Assembly (NCBI GenBank): GCA_951406725.2
Contig: OX597820.1
Location: forward strand, 28,892,001-28,956,000
Origin: Octopus vulgaris
Taxonomy: Eukaryota
DNA length: 64,000 nt
Reading direction: 5' to 3'
The notes under the pieces were generated by a model. That model worked only from the letters and a program-made list of their open reading frames with translations, was not told where the DNA came from and searched no databases. Made by a program: the position numbers and the translations under genes. Positions 53,511 through 64,000 of this stretch are shown here, piece by piece; position 1 is the stretch's first letter; the number at the start of each line of letters is the position of its first letter.

Positions 53511-53997
53511 AGATGAAAAGGAAAAAGACCAGGAATCCTGAGGTGAAGTATAAGAAGCACAAATAGCATGAAGCGCAAATATAACAAGAAGAGCAAGAAA
53601 TGTATAAACATCAACAAGAAGCTGTAGGAAAGCAACTCACCCACAACGACTGCGTGAACAACAACAACAACAACATAAATAAATAACAAACATAACAACA
53701 ATAACAGAAGCATGTAGAAGGAGAGGCGTCACTGAACGGCGATAACGTTGTCAACAATGACAACGATTGAAAAAAATACAAAAACGGCTAAAAATAACAA
53801 TTAAAGAAACGAAAACAGAAGAAAAACAAAACACTTGAACGATATTACCAACAGAAAGAAAGCAAATGGCAGTAATAATAGCAAATGATAAAGAAGAAGA
53901 AGAAGAAGAAGAAGAAGAAGAAGAAGAAGAAGAAGAAGAAGAAGAAGAAGAAGAAGAAGAAGAAGAAGAAGATGATGATGATGATGATGATGATGAT

Positions 53998-54225
53998 GAA
54001 TCAACATAAATGTATCTGTCAAGACTTACCAAAAGCTGAGCAAGTATAAAGATCTAGAAATAGAAATTGGCAAAATGTGGAACCTCAGCACTAAAACAAT
54101 ATCTGTTGTCATAGGTGTCATAGGAATGATAACAAAAGGGGCTGATTCCTATCTAGCTTAGATACCACGAAACCCCAAAATGGCAGACATTGAAAAAATA
54201 GTTGTCATGGGAACTGCCCATATGT
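53998..54225 (+). mobile_element. R4/Dong-like endonuclease C-terminal fragment
   Basis: KLSKYKDLEIEIGKMWNLSTKTISVVIGVIGMITKG..IEKIVVMGTAH. Confidence 0.85.
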
Positions 54226-54765
54226 AGGTAATAGTGAAGTAAGCATATTCTAGAGCTGCTAGAATCACAGGAGGACACAATGAAACCAAAAACCGAAATG
54301 AAGTTAAAAGCCAGAAACATGAAGAAAGATTATCTGTCTGGCAAAAGAATTCATTGCATCGTAGATTCTCAAAGGTAGTTGCATGAAATGGTGTAGACAT
54401 GGTTTTATGGTTGCAGAAGGAAAGGCTGAAAAGAGAAACAGAAAGTTTCTTTGTAACAGCACACGATCAAGCATTGAGGACTAATTGGATAACATCCAAA
54501 ATAGACAAAAAAACAGGTGAATTCCAAACGTAGGTTATGTAAATCGAAAGAGGAAAGTGTTGTTCATATAGTAAGTGAATATAGCATGCTAGCACAGAAA
54601 GAATACAATAAAACACATGTCAGGCTAGGGAGAGTAATCCACTGGAAGCTATTTGACCGTACTAGTAAATAGTATGAATATAAACCTAGTAAATTACTAG
54701 AGAGTAAGAAATACAAGATGTGGTACCTTTAACATTCAGAGAGAGTAATAGAAGCTATATCTGAT

Positions 54766-54841
<76 letters not shown>

Positions 54842-55085
54842 ACAAAGAGAATAGAAAATGCTAGATAATTGACTTTATGGTCCCAAATGATTAGAGAGTC
54901 AATATGAGAGTTACAGAGACTAGGGAAAGTGTGAGTAAAATGCATCCCTGTAGTTATAGGGGCATTAGGACCAATCCCCAAATATTTAATCAAATGGAGA
55001 GAGGAAATAGGCATAAACACTAGTTTAGTACAGCTGCAGAAAACAGACTTCTTAGGAGGGTGCTTGGCATCAAAGGTTACTTGTA
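54226..55085 (+). mobile_element. Second degenerate R4/Dong-like fragment (knuckle plus RLE) containing an expanded (GTA)n
   Basis: WLQKERLKRETESFFVTAHDQALRTN..RLCKSKEESVVHIVSEYSMLAQKEY..H..VIHWKL..SDVVV(n)DKENRKC*IIDF..IPVVIGALG..LVQLQK. Confidence 0.85.
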
Positions 55086-55094
55086 GCCTGATTT

Positions 55095-55302
55095 TTTTTT
55101 TACCTGTTTCAGTCATTTGACTGTGGCCATGCTGGAGCACCGCTTCTAGTCGAGCAAATCGACCCCAGGACTTATTCTTTGGAAGGCTAGTACTTATTCT
55201 ATCGTTCTCTTTTGCCGAACCGCTAAGTTACGGGGACGTAAAAACACCACCATCGATTGTCAAGCGATGTTGGGGTGGGACAAACACACACACAAATGTA
55301 TA

Positions 55303-55346
<44 letters not shown>

Positions 55347-55528
55347 TATATATATACATGTATACGACGGGGTTTCTTTTAGTTTCCGTCTACCAAATCC
55401 ACTTACGAGTCTTTGGTCGGCCCGAGACTATAGTAGAAGACACTTGCCGAAGGTGCCACGCAGTGGGAATGAACTCGGAACCATGTGGTTGGTAAGCAAG
55501 CTACTTACCACAAAGCCACTCCTGCGCC
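55095..55528 (-). mobile_element. SINE family B, full length
   Basis: Reverse complement of 43648-44191 from the tail tgtttcagtcatttgactg to the head ccactcctgcgcc. Confidence 0.92.
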
Positions 55529-55594
55529 GGATGTTAGGATTCTTTTCGTTTCCAACAGTTTAATCTGCTGTGTATATGAAATATTAATAATAAT

Positions 55595-55955
55595 GTTCCT
55601 TTCTACTATATATACAAGGCCTGAAATTTGGCGGCAGAGGGATAGTCGATAACATCGACCCTCAATACTTGACCGGTACTTATTTAATCGACCAATAAGA
55701 GATGAAAGGCAAAGTCGACCTCGGCGGAATTCGAACTCAGAACGTAAAGACGGACGAAATGCCGAAAATCGTCAGGACGCCGGGCAAAATGCTAGCGGCA
55801 TTTCATCCGTCCTTTAGTTTTGAGTTCAAATTCCGCTGAGGATGAATTTGCATTTCATCCTTTCGGGGTCAATAGGTATCAATTGAGCACTGGCTTCGAT
55901 AAAATCGACATACACCACCCACTGAACTGCTGGATTTGTGTCAAAATTTGAACTC
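55595..55955. mobile_element. Two SINE family A copies in head-to-head (inverted) arrangement
   Basis: Minus copy 55595-55765 and plus copy 55766-55955. Confidence 0.8.
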
Positions 55956-55982
55956 ACTACTACTACTACTACTACAACAACA

Positions 55983-56013
<31 letters not shown>

Positions 56014-56319
56014 CGTGATAAATAAAAATCTAAGAAACAACATGGACAATAAAAGCAAAAAACAATACCAGCGATAAAAAAACGTAACATAATCATCTAG
56101 AATTTTCTTTTATCTTAAGAAACTGCAAGTGGAACTCTTTAGTATACGGAGACTCGTTCTGTCTTCATTGTCGCACTCAAGCGAAGCGTTTGAGTTAATA
56201 GGTGAAATACTTGAAACTCAAAGATATCTGTTGATGGTATCTGACAATGCGATGGATTCAGAAGTTGCAATATATTTGAGTAGCATGGAACAAAGCATTT
56301 CCGGTGTTTATTTCACGTT

Positions 56320-56560
56320 TTACTTGTTTCAGTCATTGAATTGAGACCATACTGGGGCATTGCGTTGAGGGGTTTAGCCAAAAAAATCGGCACCTGTATT
56401 TATTTGTATTTTAAATGTATTTCTTCTGAAGTTCATGTCGACCTCTTCTGCCGAACTTCTAGATTACGGGGACGTAAACAAATCGATATAATCTGTTGAA
56501 CGGCGTGAGGGCAAAAACTAACACAAAGACACGCAGACACCCATACACAAATGCATGTAT
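56320..56560 (-). mobile_element. SINE family B 3' part, diverged
   Basis: tacttgtttcagtcattg..gccgaac..ttacggggacgtaaaca. Confidence 0.7.
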
Positions 56561-56571
56561 ACCGATAGATG

Positions 56572-56682
<111 letters not shown>

Positions 56683-56744
56683 TAGATACATACATACATA
56701 CATACATACATACATACATACATACATACATACATACATACATA

Positions 56745-56976
56745 ACTTTATTAGCCACACAGGTCCGAACACAGAGGGGCGAATATACAATGTAGAGCTT
56801 TTCTTTTTGAAAGTAAAAGAAGAAAATAGAAAAAAAGGGGAGAAAAATTTCCGATCAAAAGGGATCATGTAAAAAAAAAAACGATCAAAATGGGTCGTGT
56901 ATCACAGAAAAATGTAAAATGTAAAAAAAAACACATTAGGTTTATCCGTGGAAAGAAAAGCCTACGAAAAGACCAA
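56745..56976 (-). mobile_element. Tx1-like LINE 3' terminal fragment next to (GATA)n/(CATA)n
   Basis: ctttattagccacacagg..tagagcttttctttt..cgatcaaaagggatc is paralogous to 16762-16945. Confidence 0.55.
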
Positions 56977-57554
56977 TCAGGGAACTCGGTGCATTAAACG
57001 GTTAAAATAAGGAGGTTTCATGAAAATAAACATTCAAAAAATATATTTTGAATTACAGGCTGTACCGAATATTTTTTCTTAAAATATTGCTTTAAAACAT
57101 TAATTACTTGTAACAAATAAATACTATATAATATCGTGGATTTTGTAATGGCGGGGAACCATTTTTGCGGCCTGCCGCTGGCACAGTTTACCCTAGCTTC
57201 ACCACTGCCCAACAACAACAAAAGCAGTGAAGGCGCGTAGCTTAGCTGTAAGTATAATTGGTTCACGATCGTGCGGTTGCGATTTCGATTTCCAGCGGCG
57301 CGTTGTATCCTATTTTTTTCTTTCTTTTATGATGTAATCGAATTATTCCTCAATAGGAATCATGTCTGAAACAGCTGTAGTGAAACTTAACCCATTTGTG
57401 TTCATTACTTATGTAAGCAGTATACTTTGAATTTTCCCTATGTTGGAACTGGAACTTACATTGGATAGTGAAACTGCATGCTGATGTGCATGGGTATATA
57501 ATTTCATATACATGTATATCTAGACATATTCGTACAGTGGTGTGTTTGGTTTAG

Positions 57555-57868
57555 TAAAGAGGGTATTTGGCTAACAATGGATACGGTAGTGAGTTCGATT
57601 CCTAACAATGCATTGTGTCCTTCAGCAAGACATTTTATATCACGTTGCTCCGGCCCATTCGGTTTGCGAAAATGAGTATTATCCGTATTTTATCTTAAAC
57701 TGCCAGTGTTGTCATATTCTGTGTCACAGTGAATCTGCCTAAGAACTACATTAAGGCTACGCGTGTCTGTGGAGTGCTCAACTACTTGCGCATTACTTTC
57801 ACGAGTAGGCTGTTCCGTTGATCAGATCTATTGGAATACTCGTCGTCGTAACCGACGGAGTACCAGAG
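57555..57868 (+). mobile_element. SINE related to family C with a different 3' half; a separate head fragment lies at ~57230-57310
   Basis: gagttcgattcc..ttgtgtccttcagcaagacattttatatcacgttgctcc. Confidence 0.65.
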
Positions 57869-58287
57869 CAAGAACTATAACTGAACTATTGTCACAAGCA
57901 CAGTAACCACTAAGTTTGTCTCCACTAACGCTACTATGATCATCATTATTAACCACAAACCAATAACAACAACAACAACAGAAGTAGTTATAATAGTAAT
58001 TATTAAACAAAAATATACAGTATTAACAGCATGTAGGAAAATGTTTCATTGTCCATTTGCTCGCCTACCCAACACTAACACCACCATAGAAAGAAAAACA
58101 AATAAATACAGAAGAAAAATACAAAAACAGACGAAAAAAGGAAGTGGTGTTGGTTAATGAGATTGGAAACGTAATATATGATAATAAAACTATTATCTTA
58201 TAAGAATCACTTCGAGTTTCTTCAATTACATCCTCATAATGAATATATATATATGTGTACATGTGTATATATATATATATATGTATG

Positions 58288-58356
<69 letters not shown>

Positions 58357-58456
58357 TATTAGTCGATAGCTATAGATACATACATAGACGCATACATACG
58401 CATATATATATATATATATACATAAATATGAACATATATGTATAATATAATGTGTA

Positions 58457-58504
<48 letters not shown>

Positions 58505-59028
58505 CATAAATATACATACATTCATTCATGCATACATATATACATACATACGTGCATAATATAATATAATATAATAAACCACCTGTTGCTTCATATGTTT
58601 CTTTCAGGTGTTACAGAGAAGTTTTTCAAGAGGCACTTTCATCCTTATATCCAAACCACATCTTCAGATTATTTTTCTCTTTCTCATTGTGCTAATATGT
58701 ATGTCTGTTATATTTGTGTTCTAGTAGTTATTGATACTATTGTAGTCGTCATTACTGTTGTTGCTTTCGTTGTTGTTGTTGTTGTTGTTGGTAGTGGTGG
58801 TGATGTTGACGGTGATGGTGGTGTTTATCTCTAGGTAAAGTGTGATTTATTAGGTCTATGATCAAAGACATTCCAACCATGTCTTGTCCGTACGAACATG
58901 GAGCACCCACGGGCCCACATCATCCACAGTCAAGTTTAGGAAAGTAGCGTATATGGTATGAGAGAAATGTATTATTTCTAGCACAAAAGGCCCCCTAATT
59001 GGGTCGTAACTATGTGTATTTTGAAATG

Positions 59029-59090
<62 letters not shown>

Positions 59091-59467
59091 CTGCGTGTGA
59101 GCGCGCTTTTCATTTGAAACCATGTGCCGAAACAGATTCTGTTGTTATTTGGATGGATCATTTTGCCAACAAAATCACATGCACAGTTTATCATTCATTT
59201 GTTTATTGGTAATTAACCCATCAATTACGAACCGACCTGGCCGAATCGCTAGCGTGTTAGGCAAAAATGGTTAGAGGTATTTTTTTCCGACACTTTCCCT
59301 AATATTACTGTGGCGAAATTTCAAGCAATTAATTCATTGATTAATGCATAGTGGTTTGGTCTTGTTAAAAATATTTTCGTCACTTCTTGTTATATGTTAT
59401 TAAATATATTATGTGCCAAATATTTGTGTCTGTGCGTGTCTTTGTAAGTATGTGTGTACGTGTGTGC

Positions 59468-59562
<95 letters not shown>

Positions 59563-60420
59563 AGTATGTGTTGTTAAGTTTCTGTATCTGTATGCCTATT
59601 CGTTTGATTTTGCTGAGGGGGAGTCAGAGTGGGTTTCTGGTTTTGATGTTGAATATGAGGCAGTTGGTGTTATTGCATATCTGTGCATATGTGTGTACAT
59701 ATCGGTATGTTTGTATGTATAACTGAAATTGCTATTTGCGTGTTTCTACGGTGGTCTATGACCATATGTATATGAACACTTTTATGCGCTCATATATGTA
59801 TGTGAATGTGTCTTGCCACAGTTTCTATGCGTGAGAACGTCTATTCGTAGCTAGCGTACGTGAATGTGTGTGCATATACATGTCTATATTTGCGAGTTTA
59901 ACTGGTGTTCTACAGGAATGGACGTCTATATATGTATGAATGCGTAGATACTCCATTGTGTGCGAGTGTTGCCTTCTTTCTGTATTTGTGTGCGTCAGTT
60001 CGTAGTTACGGTACGTGAATGTGAGTGTATATATGTGTGTGTTTGCGTGTATAGCTAGTATTGCAGAGTGTGTATATGTTTACGGTGTGTACAGGTTTAC
60101 GTCCATATGTATGTCAATGTATGCGTGCGTATGTATGTTGTCGGTTTTTCTCTATGCCTGTACGTCTGTGCTTAGTTGTTGCACATACATGTGTGTGCAT
60201 GTGTATATATCTGCGTGTGTAATGGGTATTGTTGTGTGTATGATTATGGGGATTAACGGTCGTATGTGTATGAGTACTTGCGAGCAAGCATATGTGTGTG
60301 TTGTCGGTTTCTGTATCTGTACGTCTAGTCATAGTGGATGCACGTGTACGTGTGATCATGTGTGTGTGAGATAGAGAGAGAGAAAGAGAGACAGTGTGTG
60401 TGTGTGTGTGTGTGTGCGTG

Positions 60421-60725
60421 TGTAGCTGGTATTTGCTGTATATGAGAGAGATGGTGAGAAAAGAGAGAGATAGTGTGTGCGTGTGTCTCTGTGTGTGTGT
60501 GTGTGTGTGTATGTGTGTGTGCGTGTAGCTGGTATTTGCTGTGTGTGTGTGAGAGAGAAAGAAATAGAGAGTAAAGTGTGTTTGATTGTGTGTGTGTGTA
60601 TGCGCGTGCGTGTAGCTAGTATTTGCTGTGTGTGCGTGCGTGTGTGTACATGTGTAGCTAGTATTTACTGTGTGTGAGAGAGAGAGGGAGAGAGAGAGAA
60701 AGAAAGAAAGTGTCTATGTGTATGT

Positions 60726-60761
<36 letters not shown>

Positions 60762-60776
60762 CTGGTATTTGCCGTG
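60421..60776. repeat. Five copies of a 19-bp motif tgt(a/g)gct(g/a)gtattt(g/a)c(t/c)gt separated by variable (GT)n/(GA)n
   Basis: Copies at ~60421, 60524, 60611, 60653 and 60757. Confidence 0.85.
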
Positions 60777-61070
60777 TGTATGTTTATGATGGTGAACGTT
60801 CAAATGTATGTGAGTGCCTAAGTGCCCGCATGCGTACGTGTCAGTGTGTTGTCATGTTTCTGTGTATGTGTTCGTCCGACCTCAGACGATGTGCGTGCAT
60901 GTGTACGCACATATGTGTCTCATTGCTTGTAACACAAGTATTAATGAGTGTGTGTGTGTGTGTCTGCGTGTGTGTTTTTTCACGTGATGACCGATCAGTG
61001 TCTACAAGTGCGTGGGCCTATGCGTGTTTGAGTGTGTGCATATGTGTAAGTGTGAGGAGACCTATGTCTG

Positions 61071-61101
<31 letters not shown>

Positions 61102-61894
61102 ATGTACATTTGTGTGTGCGTATGGGGGGGTTGCTGCTTCTTTTATTGTTGATGCTGTTTACCTTTTTTTTTCGGCAATATCTTTCTTGATAATTTCTTA
61201 AGAAATTACCGAAAATATTAAGTGAGACTGCATAAAAACAAAACACAGACATAGACACACAAACACACACGCTTACGCACGCGCAGACGGTTGCTATCGT
61301 GAACACACACACAGTAACAATAGCTATTTTTCAAACGTGTACACCTCCTTCGTGCACACACACACGCACACACACGCTCACACACACACACACACACATA
61401 CACACACAGCACACGCATATTTACAACAGATAACACATACCAATGCGCAATTAGCCAACAAAAAAGAAAACAATCAGTTATTCGAGGAATTGAGAAAGTC
61501 AAAGATATGTGTGACGAAATTATTTTTGACAAATCGAAACGATCAAATAAATTAATCAATGATTTATAGATTAATTAACATTAAAGAAGAGAGCTATAAT
61601 CAGTGTATGTGTTATTGTTGTTGTTATTATTTTCATGGTCATTGATTGCAAAATCGAATGCCCCCTTCCAGAGTATAAAAATAATCTATGAATATGTCTG
61701 TGCGTATGTATGTATGTATGTATGTATGTATGTATGTATGTATGTATGTATGTATGTATGTATGTATGCATATATATATATGTGTGTATATATATATATA
61801 TATATACATGATTAATGAGCAAATACAAGAAAAAATACAAGAAAACGCTTAAACAAGAGAGTTATAAGTATGGTGCTAGGAATGAAATGGAAAG

Positions 61895-61935
61895 ATACTT
61901 TAACGTTTCGAAAGCTTGTCCTTCATCAGTAAAAA
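61895..61935 (-). ncRNA. Degenerate minimal hammerhead-ribozyme-like motif within a ~185-bp repeat (~61810-61994)
   Basis: Minus strand: uuuua-CUGAUGA-aggacaagcuuuc-GAAA-cg-UU-aaagua. Downstream sequence resembles that following the 37211 motif; stems are imperfect. Confidence 0.55.
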
Positions 61936-62032
61936 CGAAATGAAGAAAGGCGGTGGCGGCTGAAAGGAAAGTAAGATGGAAAAGAAATGTAGTCATATAT
62001 ACATATATATATATATATATATGCATGTATGA

Positions 62033-62063
<31 letters not shown>

Positions 62064-62082
62064 TATATACATACATATATAC

Positions 62083-62138
<56 letters not shown>

Positions 62139-62165
62139 GTATGCATAAATGTATATACATATATA

Positions 62166-62216
<51 letters not shown>

Positions 62217-62246
62217 ATATACATGTATATGTAAAACATATATATA

Positions 62247-63869
62247 CAGTTGTGGCCAAAATGTTCAGAACGGCATTATTTTCGTCAAAAAAGTAGATAT
62301 AATTTTTTATCAAAGTTGTTTTATATTCTATAATTTTCACAGAGAATAAATACGATATCATTTGTTATTGCCTGAGATTTTGGTGTAATTTGAGAGGATA
62401 ATACAAAAGTTATGGATGATTTAGTGATTTACTGCAAAACCCATGGCGGCCAAAATGATATGAACGGTTGCTTTTACTCCGTGTTTTAGTATATTTAACC
62501 GGCGAACTCTAAATGTTTTGAATTTGTTTACGTGACGGTTCGTTTACTAAATATTAGTAAGAATATTTGCAGTGTACTTTGTTAATATAATGCCACTTAC
62601 TCCGTTACAAATTCGTCAGCAGATTATTAAGCTTCGATGGAAGGATAATTTAAGTATTGGATCTATTGCAAAGATTGTTTACAAGTCAAAAAGTGTTGTA
62701 CACGGTATTCTTAAGGTCTACGATGATTGTGGTTCGTGTGAAGCAAGAAAGTTTACAGGTAGGCCAAGAAAAACGACCAAGAGAGAAGATCGTGCTATGG
62801 TAAAGTTGGTTAAAAAGGACAGATTTAAAACTGCTGCTGCTGTTTCTCGGAAAATGAGAATTGTATTGAAGAAAACTTTATCTCGAAAACCTGTCTTGTC
62901 GTTTAGTTGAACATGACCTACAAGCAAGAGCACCTGCAGTGAAGCCACTGATCAGCTCCAAAAATAAAAAGTGTCGTCTTACCTTTGCAACCGAACATGT
63001 GTTGTGGTCTCAAGAAAAATGGCAAACGGTGCATTTCAGTGATGAATCTAAGTTTACGTTATTTGGCTCAGATGGGAAAAGGTACGTTCGTAGAAAAGTA
63101 GGTGAAAAATTGTTGCCTAAATGCCTTAATACTAGTGTTAAATTCGGTGGAGGAAGTGTTATGGTTTGGGGAATGATATCTGGAGATGGTGTGGGCCCTT
63201 TGGTGCGATAACATGGTAAGTTAAATGCAGGAGTTTATAAACAACTTGTAAAAAGATCATGTCTTGCCTGTGCTGAGAAATTCAACTAAGCGACCACCCA
63301 TATTCATGCTGGACAATGCCCCATGTCACAAGGCTAAGGTGGTCATGAACTTCCTCAAGGCTGAAAAGGTTATTGTTATGGATTGGCCAGCTCAAAGCCC
63401 AGATCTCAATCCTATTGAAAATGTGTGGAATATTCTAGGAGAACGTTCGAATGCCAGAAATCCTAAAACAACTGAGCAATTATGGAATGCCCTTCAGGAA
63501 GAATGGAATAAGATCACCCAGCAAGAACTTGAAAATTTAATTTCCTCATGCAGTCGAAGATGTCAGGGTGTGATTGAAGCTAAAGGGCTTCACACTAAAT
63601 ATTAAATAATTCCAGTATTCTCTGTCATTTTTGATTATTTTGTTATTTTTTCAAGCGTTCTGATCATTTTGGCCGCCATGGTTTGTGCAGTAAATCACTA
63701 AATCATCCATAACTTTTGTATCCTCTCAAATTACACCAAAATCTCAGACAGTAATTAATATTGTATTTATTGTCTGTGAAAATTATAGAATATAAAACAA
63801 CTTTGATAAAAACTTATACTTACTTTTCCTACGAAAACAATGCCGTTCTGAACATTTTGGTCGCAATTG
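62247..63869 (+). mobile_element. Near full-length Tc1-like (DD34E) transposon with IR-DR terminal repeats
   Basis: ~220-bp TIRs (62247-62467 and 63656-63869), each with an outer and inner gccaaaatg..gaacg direct repeat; TA on both sides. Confidence 0.95.
62590..63605 (+). pseudogene. Tc1 transposase pseudogene (frameshifts and stop codons)
   Basis: GRPRKTT, KPLIS, FSDESKF, VMVWG, DNAPCH..WPAQSPDLNPIENVW (34 residues between D and E) and GLHTKY*, split over three ORFs. Confidence 0.95.
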
Positions 63870-63911
63870 TATATATGTATATATATACATATATACACAT
63901 ATATATGTATA

Positions 63912-64000
63912 TCAGGTCATCCCATAAGTTCTGTCCGAATTTTGAATCAAGAAAACAAGTGATCAAACGTTATATTTAATTGAAATTTAATCATCAATGT
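63912..64000 (-). mobile_element. 3' end of a mariner element running off the window
   Basis: TA followed by TIR-like tcaggtcatcccataagttctgtccg; the minus strand ends (Y)IDD*, like mariner G.YI.D* termini. Confidence 0.6.

Noticed and set aside
51967-53562. 531-aa poly-His/Ser/Pro ORF and overlapping poly-Met/Ser ORFs
   Set aside because: Stop-free frames of (CAT)n/(GAG)n repeats; no domain content.
58600-58700. Possible host exon after tttctttcag (also the donor-like aag|gtgagt at 23030 and the short frame at 27381-27503)
   Set aside because: Isolated splice-like words with unrecognisable peptides; expected by chance.
60421-60776. CRISPR array
   Set aside because: Spacers are low-complexity and unequal, repeats are degenerate, there are no cas genes and the context is eukaryotic.

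Overview
This is AT-rich eukaryotic (animal) genomic DNA with no recognisable host protein-coding exon, rRNA, true tRNA gene or CRISPR array. The extreme density of (TA)n/(GT)n/(GATA)n/(AAT)n/(GAT)n microsatellites and the repeat repertoire suggest an octopus/cephalopod intron or intergenic region; this is an inference from pattern, not a database match. Almost all ORFs in the track are microsatellite artefacts. The window contains three or four tRNA-derived SINE families and a young 5'-truncated CR1-group LINE with an open RT ORF (37554-38732). It also contains several R4/Dong-like (RLE) and L1-Tx1-like LINE remnants, a near full-length IR-DR Tc1 element (62247-63869), an internally deleted DD41D-type element (40280-41164), mariner remnants, a 4-copy mariner MITE, a non-autonomous Helitron and a probable degenerate hAT. 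Two signals stand out. (1) Seven hammerhead-ribozyme-like motifs (CUGANGA..stem II..GAAA..UH) from five or six different short repeat families lie in or beside (TA)n/(GT)n tracts; one is a ~381-nt retrozyme/Penelope-pLTR-like element with direct and inverted duplications (34420-35008). (2) A SINE shares its 3' tail with local Tx1-like LINE ends and forms head-to-tail multimers that all restart at the same nucleotide of its own tRNA head, suggesting self-targeted insertion. Coordinates of degraded elements are approximate.
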